Of a DNA stretch of 64,000 nucleotides, positions 12,401-22,547 are shown piece after piece. Position 1 is the stretch's first letter. Every line of letters starts with the position of its first letter. This DNA comes from Cenococcum geophilum (lineage: Eukaryota). The notes under the pieces were generated by a model. The model saw only the letters and a program-made list of their open reading frames with translations, had not been told where the DNA came from and searched no databases. The stretch is taken from assembly GCA_050273025.1 (NCBI GenBank), contig CP158636.1, positions 6,882,001 through 6,946,000 of the forward strand, in the 5' to 3' direction. A program made the position numbers and the translations under genes.

Positions 12401-15120
12401 GACCGTCTCTAAGGATTAGATGATTTATTTTTCTTCCTAGCTTTAGCTGTTTTATCTATAAGCTATAACCTAATCTGGACGTAGTCTCCTAGTTATACAT
12501 TCTTCTCCTGCGGCGGAGCCTGCGCCACCTACTACGGAGCCTGCGGCTTAACAGCTGTCCTGGTTATACGGCTGTCTCTAAGGGTCTATAGATATTGCTG
12601 GCTAGGCGTTACTACTAAGTCTATAGGTCGTACTTAATAGTAGTCCTCCCAGTTCGTACGTGTTTTATCACTATTTTTTAGCACTACTCTGTTATAAAAA
12701 GCAGTAAAATCTATTAGTCCTATAGGAGGGGCCCATTACTGCGTCTATTCTTTCCTTAGCCTATTTAGGTCTATTCCTTAGTATATATAGAGCCAGTTCT
12801 TAATACCTTTTAATTATCCTTTATTACCGAGCCACGGAAGATTAGGTCTAGGTCGTTTATGCGTCTTAGCTACTAGCCTTCCTTAATTAGATAGATATAT
12901 AAATCCTTACAGAATAAGATTCTTTAAGCCTTAATATTCGTGCTTAGTAAAACGGTAACTTCCTTTGTATCCAAAACAGGTCTACCAGCCTTGTTCTTAT
13001 ATGCCTCGCTAACCCCATACGTCCTATTACGGCCGTCTAAAGGCAGTAGAATCTTGTAAATATTAAAAGCTTTGCGGATATCGAAAGCTTTATAAAGGTC
13101 AAAAGTCCTATAGAGGTCGAGAGTCCTACGGAGGTCGGGTGCTATTCTAACAGTCTTCGCCTCCTAGTGCTAGGCTATATCCTTACGCTAGGCTTTAAAC
13201 TATAGCTTAATTCGTAGTAGGCAACTGCTGCTGCACTAGGGCTCCTCTGTGTATACCTGGTCTGACTAGGTTAAAAAGTCTTCCTTCTCTCCTGTGGTCG
13301 AGCTCGTCCCTTTACTGCCGTAGCTCCTATATAAGCTGGATATTTAGGACATCTTCTTCTAAAAGGACATCTATTTACTCGGCGCCCTTTATAGCCATTA
13401 TCCTTAACTCTACGGCCTCCTTTAGTCTTTTAAATATAAGGGTGCTAGGCTTATCTACTACGGCCCCTGTCTTCTCTATTACGTGCCTGCGGTATTTAAA
13501 AGAAAGTCCTTACGCAAACTATCGCCCCTTCTCTTACTTAGTAAGGTTTCCTACGGCTACCGCTTTAGCTAAGATGGTAGTGAAGTCCTATATATAGTGA
13601 TGTAAGTCGCCTAGCTGTTCCGCAGATGTTTAAATAAAAGCTTTTATGAAGTCTCTTGTCTTTATACGTCGGTAATAGTCGTCTGCTTGGTACTTAGCTC
13701 TAAGGCGGTTTACTAGCCCTTTCTATTCTCCTTGTTTGAACTCTGGCATTACCTAGATATCTTCCGCGTATATCTCCTCGTAATAGCTAGGGAGACATGT
13801 AAGCCTACGTTCTTTGCCTATATAATACCTTTAATATATACCCTTGTAGTCCTTAATAAACCTAGAGATGTTCTTTCCGTTAAACCGTGGAACTCCCTAC
13901 CTAAAAGGATCTAGTATTACTACCGTTGGAACGAATACGTAGTATATTTCCCTTACTGCCTAAATGGGTAACTACTGCGGTTAGTCTGCTTGCATAGCTG
14001 TCCGAGGTAAGGATGTTTTAGATAGCTGTCTATCGGAGGGCACCTGCTTCTTAATACCTAAGGGGGGGTCCCCCTAAGAAAGCACAGAGTCTTTATTATC
14101 TACAGCCACTAGGTCTCAATACGTCCGTCTATTTTGGCCTACTATTGTTCCGCGCAGTAGGGTACTACTAAGTCTTACGCTTCCGCCTATATCTACTTCT
14201 TTATAAAACGCCTCTAAAGCTACCGTAGACACAATCTAGATGATTTAAAAGAAGATAAAGCTAAGTTAGAATAGGAAGCTTTTAAGGGCAGACCTAATCT
14301 TATATACTTACGACCTTACTTAGTATTCTCTCTTCTGTTCCTAAAGGGTAGCGCTAACTTCCTCTGCCGCTAGTTGCCTTAGATCTCGTTTCCATCTAAC
14401 TAATTAGCCCTTAGCTGCCTATTATCTCTACATTCTTAACAAAGCTCTAGCTATGCTCGTGCGCGGGTAGTAGAAATATTAGGTAACGGTCAAAGTTGTC
14501 TAATTGGCTCACTGGTTCGCTTGACGTCCTTACTCGTAACTTTCCGAGACACTCTTTTGCCACTCTTTTTACCACTCTTTAGCCTATACGTTAAGTCTAA
14601 TATCCGTCTTTTCCGCTGTTTTTCTGTTTAGGGACTACCTGGTTCCCCTTGCTGTCCGATACTGCCTAGTTCTCTACTTTTATCTTGTCTGTCTAGCTAG
14701 CGGTTCTTCTATAGCTGGTTGTTCTTCTACAGCTAGCTGTTCTTCTATAGCTGTAGTATATTCCTGCGTATCTCTTATATATATAGTTGTGTATAGAGTG
14801 CCAGACTTCTAATCTAAAGAGCTTGCCGTCGTCCCTACGTAGAATGCCATAAAATATATGGGAGGGTACGACCACTCTTAGATGGGAAAGTCACAGTGCC
14901 GTCTGTCTGTCGGTCAGTCGGTCGGTCGGTTGGTCGGTCGGTTAGTTAGTTGGTCGGTCGGTTGTCAGTCGTAATCAATTAGTAGGAAAGCAGTTAGTAA
15001 GAAGAAAGGAAAGAATATATTCCTGGTAGGTCGTAATAGAGAGAAGGAGAGAAGCCAAAGGCTCGATATATACAGGAAAATGCTAAGGCACTAAGTAGTG
15101 GCCTATTTTACCCCACTACA
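9461..15120 (-). mobile_element. LTR element 'D', 5.66 kb, gag present, no recognisable pol (non-autonomous)
   Basis: 264-bp LTRs 9461-9724 and 14857-15120 containing a degenerate GTCG/GTCA/GTTA tetramer microsatellite; 4-bp TSD ATAG; reverse PPT at about 9725-9738. Confidence 0.9.
12240..14230 (-). pseudogene. gag: gag-like ORF of element D (boundaries approximate)
   Basis: De-RIP translation GVPRFDGKNISRFIKDYEGMC...EWEGLANRLRAEY and knuckle-like CFGCKGSHRFTEHEC...LI.QGFVHLSDQGRL at about 12880-12980. Confidence 0.7.
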
Positions 15121-18100
15121 ATAGTTATTGTAACCTAGTATTTTACTAGGGAGCGGTAAACCTCTAGTCTAAAGGTTTATAAACTACTAGGATATAGCTA
15201 CTAGTATATATTAAGCTGCCTAGAAAGGATTTATGTATATAAAACTATAGCGCTATAGCCCAGAGGCTGTATATGTAGTATTATACGTAGTACAATACAA
15301 TGGATATAATAATAATAATAATAATAATAAAACCTTAACTGTGTTATATTCTCTAGTTCTTACCAACTCACTATAGCTTTAACTTTCTTTAGGTCTATAC
15401 TAATATAACCTAGTTTGATAATAAATTCTATAAAATCGGTCTTCCTTATAAAGAACTCGCATTTCTTAATTGCTACTAGTATTTGTTCTTCCTATAGTCT
15501 CCTTAAGACCCATTTAATATATTCCTCGTGTTCTTCCTTAGTTATTAAGTAGATAATAATATCGTTAAGGTATACTATAATAAACTTATTAAGGTGTTCT
15601 CCTAATATACTATTAATTCGTTTTTAAAACGTTACTAGTATATTTATTAATCTAAATTGTATAACTAATGGTTTATATAGTCCTTCTCTTAACCTAAAGG
15701 CTGCCTTTTATTTATTGCCTTCCTTAATTCTAATCTAATAATACGCCCATCTTAGATCTATCTTTATAAAGATTTGCGCATTGCCTATCTAATCCTAAAT
15801 TTCGCTAATTAAGGGTAAAGGATACCTATCCTTCCGAGTAATGCTATTTAACTATTTATAGTTAATACATAACCTAAGTTTTCTGTTTTTCTTTAGTACG
15901 AATAGTACTGGATAACCTACTAATAACTGTAATAGTCTAATATATCCCTTTTATAAGTTTTCTTAGATAAACTCTTTAAGTGCTCTTAACTTTTCTTTAG
16001 TAAGCTTATAGGTTAAAAAGAACCTTAGACTTATTCCTAGTTCTAATTCTATTTTATAGTCCTATGCTATATAATCTGCTAGCTTTTTTACTTCCTAGGC
16101 TCTATAGTTTCTTAATATACTTATAGTATCTCTTTAGTATATAACTTAAGCCTTACTTAGTCTCTTTATATATTGCTCCAACTTAGTACTATACCAATTT
16201 AGTTTACTATTGCATTCTATATTATTAAGTATCTCTAATATTAACCTAACCTATAATCTAATCGATTCTTAGGTTATATTCCTATAACTAAGATATTCTT
16301 AATACTGCCTTATCCCGTCCTAATAGTAGGATATTAAAAGATATCTTAATTTGTCTTCCTTTAATGGTTATTTAAATAGGTCCTATTTTAAGATTAATAA
16401 TCCCTCCTCCGTAGGCTATTAGATCTCCTAAAATTATAACTAATAGGTAAGATTGTTCCTTCTATCTATAAGGTAATCCTATTCTCTTAACTATTACTAG
16501 TAAGATATAGTTCCGCGTCGCTCCACTATCTATTAGCGCTTTAAACTGCTAATCTTACTATTTAACTTATAAATTTAAGTGTTATTCTTAAATTCCTTTA
16601 AGGGTTTAAGGCTCTACTACTGGCTCCCTCTAGTCCTGTAGGCCTCTACTTTTCCTAACTATTAGCTATTTAATCCTATTACACTTAGCTCGCTCTTTAG
16701 CCAATACTTAGTTTGCTTTTTGTCTTCTATATACTATAGACACGTATTCTTTAGGCATTTCTACTACTATTATCTATCTAAGCATTCTTTTATAAAGAAT
16801 CTTTCTAGTTAAAGTATTAAGTCTCCTAACTCTTATACTTCTATTAAATGCTATCTATGTATATATTTAGTATTTCTATACTATTACTTATCTAGCACCT
16901 AATATATCCTTATAGGGTAGTTCTAATTCTTTTCTTTTAGGTTCTTATGCATTTTATATATATCGTCCATATATATAATTTATAATAGCGTATAGTGTAC
17001 TAGGTGCTTTAGGTTAACTCTTAACTTATCCTTATTTTTAAGTTTAAACCTTTATTATATTAATCTAAATGTTATAACTTTATTTATAAGTACTAAGATA
17101 CGTCTCTTGCTTCTCTAGTCCTTTAATCATTCCTTTAGATCCTTTAATATTATAATTAAGGCTCCTCTAATATAAGTTATAGCCTTTTCTATAATTAGGT
17201 GGTCCTAGATAACTCATTTATCTAACCATATATAGAAATCTTCCCACTTATTATTATATCGCTGCCTATACTACTTTTAGTATAGCTACTAGAGTATATA
17301 CGGCTTATCTATAAGGAAGTATTTTCTTATTATTACGTCGTAATAGCCTTTTATATATTGTTCCTTAAACTTAGTAAGGATTCCTAGATCCTCTTTATTT
17401 TCTAATTTAGTAAGCCACTTAGCTCTTAATATACCTACCCTAGGCCTATTAGTAATTCTTTATACGGATGCTCTGTTCCTTATACGCCCTAGTATACTAA
17501 ATCTCTTATCTAGTTTCTATTCTTGCTATGCGATAATTCTTTACCTAAACTCTTTTATAGTTTCTTTTGGTTTGCGTCTTATATATAGATCTTTAAAGTT
17601 TTCTTACTTCTTAATTTTAGTATTAATACTTCGATCCTATTACTAAGCCTTACTTGCAATTTCTTTAATAGTCCTTATTTTATTACTAAAATCTTAGTTC
17701 TATAAGATTCTTTAATCTTAAGCTTGTTTCTATCTTAAGCTTCGCTCTAGCCTTAGTCTAACTAGGCTTTTATAGTATTCTTATCTCGTCCTAAAAGTCT
17801 TAAATCTTACTTATCTTGTCTTAAGAGTCTTATATCCTTAGGAAACTTCGTCCTAAGCTTATTTATATATTACTAAACTAAGCCGTTGCTCTACTCTATC
17901 AGTTATTATCCGTTATAGGTTCTTAAGCTTACCTTATCTCGTCTTAAGAATCTTAGTTATCTCTTATCTTATCTTAAGAGTCTTAAGCCTGTAGCCTTTT
18001 GCCTTTATTAAGTACCGAAGTAGTTTATTATCCTACTTTTCTTACATCTTATAAAGCGATAGATATTATATCTAGTGGGGTCTTAATCTCTACTAATATT

Positions 18101-19550
18101 CCCTATTCTGTAGTGGAATTATCTTTTACCTCTTATATAACATCTCTAAGGTCTATACACTCCTAGTAAGCTGCCTTTATTACTCTATTGTTATTAAATA
18201 TTTCGCCTACGTTGAATTTATTATTCTTAATATCCGATCTATAAACTAGTTTATTAATTCCTTTAAACTTTAATAATTTTAGCTCTTATAGCCAATAGCT
18301 TGCGCTATATTTAACGTCTTTATAAATTTAGTATACGTTATTATAATAAAACGCGAAACTTTTAATTAAATATTCTTTTGTTCCTTATAGTATATTATTA
18401 TCCCTCTATATATATATATTGTCTACTAATCTTATTTCTTTTACTATATAATAACTTTAACCGCTTTTATAGTCTTTAACATAATAACCCTATTTTCCGT
18501 AATTTATATAAGCTCCTTCTTTAAACCATTTTTCTTGCTATAGAGTCCGCCTAAACGTCTTCTACTATTAAGATTCTTGGTTTAGCCTCTACTTCTTAAA
18601 CCTTTAATTACTTAATCCTTATCCTCTGGGTTTCTATAATTTCTTATTCTATCTTTTAAATTCTTTAGTACTACTTAGGTCTATTAGCTCTGCGCTATAC
18701 TATAGTTTTTAACTTTAACTTTATTAATGCGTGCCTTGCGCCTTATATAACTATAAAACTCTATCCTAACCCTTCTTAGTCTACTCTCTTTAGTAAATCC
18801 TATTATTAATCTTAATTACATAATTAATTAAATCCCTAAAAGTATCCGTATCTTCTATTGAAATAATTATATCCTAGACTTTTGCCTTAAGTCCTTACTT
18901 ATACTGTGCTATAAGCGCTTTATTATTCTATTTAACTTATATTACCAATGTTTAAAACTACGTCGTATACTTAATTGCTAAAGTCCTTTATATTAGGTTT
19001 TAAAGCTTTCTTTTTACTATAGTGGTTACCTCTAGGTCTCTAAATATTTATATTAATTATTCCACGAACCCGTTCTAACTTAAGAATATATACTATACCT
19101 CCTAGTTAGTAGTTGTTATACTATACTCCCATGCCTTTATAAGGTAAGGTTTAAACTACTTAAGTACCCTTCCTATTAAGAATAATCCTATGTAAGCGAC
19201 TTAATCTATAGGCGTTCCTAGCTTTACTCCTTCCTACGTAACCTTAAAGTGTATTTATGTAAGGAATCCCTTAAGTTTTAACTTCTCTTCTAAGAATCGC
19301 TTAATTAAGGGTAACTTAACCTTAGCTGCTCCGATCCTATTAATCCTTTCTTTAAATATCCTATTGTTATCTATTAATTAATTAACTATTTCCTATAGCT
19401 ATTTAATAGTAACTAGTTGCAAGTTAGTATTTACTATACTAGTATTATTACCTAATCCTAAGGTAGTCGCCGCTATAGACGCCGTTATAGCTGCTGCTTT
19501 TAGTGGCATATTATTTAACTTTATTAATACTATAACCTTAGTAGTAAATA

Positions 19551-19972
19551 TATAACGAAGTATTATAGCGGAAACTACGGTGGACTTATTAATAGGCTAG
19601 GTATATAAGTAAATAAGAAGTTAATAACGTAATAATAACTGGTGGAGTGGTTGTCTAATAGATTAACTCTAATTGTATTTTAAGATTTACTATAAGGAGA
19701 GAAGAACTATCTAGGTAGGGACTGTGGTCCTTTAAATATATAACTATACTCCTAAGAAATCCTTCTTATATGTAAAGTACGTCTTATATATAAGGTACGT
19801 AAGTTCTTTCTATTCCTTTTATTTAATACGTAGCACATTATATAACCTTAGTTACTATTCCTCGTTATATAGTTCTACTGGCTCTATTTTAGACCGTGCC
19901 TTAATTAACTAACTAGCTACTTCCGACTCCTCTCCTAGTAGTCGTAATATTGTACTTAAAGCGTCCGTAATA
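19551..19972 (-). repeat. 5' LTR of Gypsy A
   Basis: 422 bp; matches 1-391 and the reverse complement of 26744-27168. Confidence 0.93.
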
Positions 19973-20806
19973 CTAGGAGGTTATCTTATAGGACTTAGTA
20001 GTCCTTTATAAGATATTCCTAAGTAGCCCTATATAGAACTACCCGGTCTTCTAGTATATAAGGCCTATTTACCCTTTACGCGGAAGGTTAAAGCCTGCCT
20101 ATAGTAGGAGGAAGAAGGCCCTAGCTAGCTATTAATACTATATTAGGCCATACTTACTATTATAGACTGCCTAAAGACTATAGATGCCTAAGTACGTAAG
20201 CTATAGGCGTTATTTAACCGTATAGCTAAGTCCTAGTAGGCGTAATCTTTATAGCTTTAATTACTTATATCTAGTAGCCTTACCTTTTAGCTTAAGGTCC
20301 TTTTAGTATCTATATATTTATATCTATTAATATACCTACTAATAGTATATCTACTAATAGTATATCTACTAGCGCCTCTATTTATTGTAGAATTAAGCTA
20401 GAATATATTAGCCTAGGTAAGTACTATAGCTTCCCCTTTACTAGCGCCGCTATAGCTATAGCTATAGCTATAGCTATAGTAAGGGCCTAAGTCTAAGCAG
20501 CCGCCTAAGTAGCCGCCTATATATTATATACGCCGTATAGTAAAGTCCGTATAGGCCTTTTAGCGCGAGTAGACTAAAGGGCTTAGAGGTAATCCTTCTA
20601 TAGTAGCGCTAGATTCTAAATAGGGTAATAGATAGTGGGTAGGCTGGTAGAATAAGCTCTAATAGTATTCCCTATAGCTTAAGGTTATTAAGAAGATTAA
20701 GCGGATTGCGTAGGCCTAGAGGGTTAGCGAGGAAGCGGCTATATAGTAGGTTAATTAATAGTAGGAGCGGATATAGTGCTTGCTAGACTAGCTTTATAAA
20801 CGGCTT

Positions 20807-20892
20807 ACCCGCAAAGCCCTACTGCACGCGTCTACGTTGCCGCGGGTGGAAATATTATTAGAAAAGCCCTTCCTTACAATAGCCAAGTGCAG
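20807..20892 (+). ncRNA. HDV-like (CPEB3-type) self-cleaving ribozyme, RIP-mutated
   Basis: P1 ACCCGCA/CGCGGGT, P2 CTGCAC/GTGCAG, P3 GCG/TGC, L3 TCTACGT, P1.1 GG, P4 hairpin, J4/2 CCAA, all in canonical order; starts at the first base after the TSD. Confidence 0.85.
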
Positions 20893-22003
20893 AGGCGATA
20901 GAAAAGAGCCGTTGTAGCGCGTACAGCGCGCTGTCGTCGCGGTTCTATAGTATTAAGCTTGCGACGCGTACAAAGCATTGTATAAAGCATTGCCCCCAAC
21001 ATTACTAGGAGCCTTACTTCCTCCGCTTAAGGCTTCCGCTCTACTATCTAGGGAGGTAATTAATTAAAGGAAACTAGAATATAAAAACTACCTAATATAT
21101 AACTACCTAGCTTAGCTAGGGCCAAAACTAGCTGTATAATTACAGCACCTGTACCGACCGCGTGCTTACGCGTTCGGTACACCAGGTACGCGTTTACGCG
21201 TTTAATACACCAACCACTCGCTTACGCGTCTGGTGCACTTATAAAGCACTAACTAATTAGGGGGAGGCGTATTAGTATATAGACCACGTAGGCTGCTTTA
21301 TATAATCGACAGTCACTATTATCTAAACAAGCATACAATACTACATATATTTCGTGCCCGTGGATATAACTTACTCGTGCTATTAAGTTAGTACGAACAC
21401 TAATTAGTAAGCGCGCACAGATTAGCAATCACTTAATACCTCCCCCAAGCGATACTTAACAGCGACCACCTATTTAGACTCCTAGTACGACCTACTAGAA
21501 GGTCGGAAGTCGGGGATTATAGACTTATCACCAACTCTATATACTTATTTAAGTCTTAGTACGGTTTACCGGAAGTTTATAGATGCGAATATAGACCTTT
21601 ACGGAACCCCCTACCCTCCTATAAACCACTACGGACCTACCAATTACCTTTACGGACCGTTATAAGACCTCCTCTACCCGCTACAAGCTACTACTACCCA
21701 CTACAGCTTATATAGACATACTACGCCACACAAAATAGCAGATACAACTAAGTAAATTAGTGAAGGTCAAAAGAAGTGGAGTTAGGAAGTCGACCTCACG
21801 TCTATAGACGACGTTAATAACTATATTAATTTTAAAATCCTTAAATACGGACACTATAAGCTTCTAAATAATGACCTATAGGAGCAATATAAGGAAGACT
21901 TTATAGACTTTACGGAAGCTATTCTTAAGGCTTATAACCCTACTACTATCTATAACCTACGAACCCTTTTACGTCACCAAGGTGTATAGGTTAAAAAGGA
22001 TAA

Positions 22004-22547
22004 GGGTGTGTTCGGTTGCAATAAGGAACTTTTTGAATATGAGGTTGCTCCGTGCTTTAACCGGCGTCAACTAGTAGATATTGATTGGCGGTTAATATAG
22101 TATCTGTGCTTAATATGAAATGAAGCTGGGTGTTCGGTTAATCGCTCTTTAAGGCCTTAGATAAGGCTTAAAATTGGCGACGTCCTCTGCGTGTATTATT
22201 TACCCTACAGAGTCTGCTGCTGCTGCAGCAATATCGTCGAGGGTGAGGGTGGTAATGCCATACCTGGTGGGGTGGGCGATTGGGCGCACGCACGAGCAGA
22301 GCTCCTTATTGAATATGGAAAATGAGGAGTCGCAGAAGGCTCCTTATTGAAAAGGAGCCAAGAGCTTCATTTCTCCTACTATATACGGTATGGCGTGCAA
22401 ATTTGACGCGCTTGCCGATAAGGAGGAGCTCCTTATTTAAAAGTCACTATATCTACCGAACACCAGCTTCCAGTTCAGATTCGAGCTCCTGATCGCCTCT
22501 AAAAAGTCGCCTCCTTAAGCAATAAGGAGGTGTAACCGAATACTCCC
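22004..22547. mobile_element. PIF/Harbinger-like MITE (544 bp, non-coding)
   Basis: 17-bp imperfect TIRs GGGTGTGTTCGGTTGCA / TGTAACCGAATACTCCC; TAA TSD (22001-22003, 22548-22550); the Copia frame rejoins exactly. Confidence 0.85.

Larger units (their letters stand above)
9387..15330 (+). mobile_element. 5'-truncated non-LTR (LINE-type) 3' tail 'L1', about 280 bp net, split by element D
   Basis: 14-bp TSD AACCTTAACT(A/G)TGT at 9373-9386 and 15331-15344; (AAT)n tail at about 15307-15330; 3' sequence homologous to about 37540-37777. Confidence 0.85.
1..19972 (-). mobile_element. Ty3/Gypsy chromovirus-type LTR retrotransposon 'A', RIP-inactivated, left end outside window, interrupted by B (2118-8302) and L1/D (9387-15330)
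   Basis: LTR pair 1-391 and 19551-19972; reverse PPT at about 392-408; colinear reverse complement of the uninterrupted copy at 26744-34698 (gag, PR, RT, RH, IN, chromodomain). Confidence 0.95.

Noticed and set aside
20805..20830. TA-CCCG as the start of a Tc1/mariner TIR
   Set aside because: No inverted mate found; the junction is explained by the longer TSD and the ribozyme P1.
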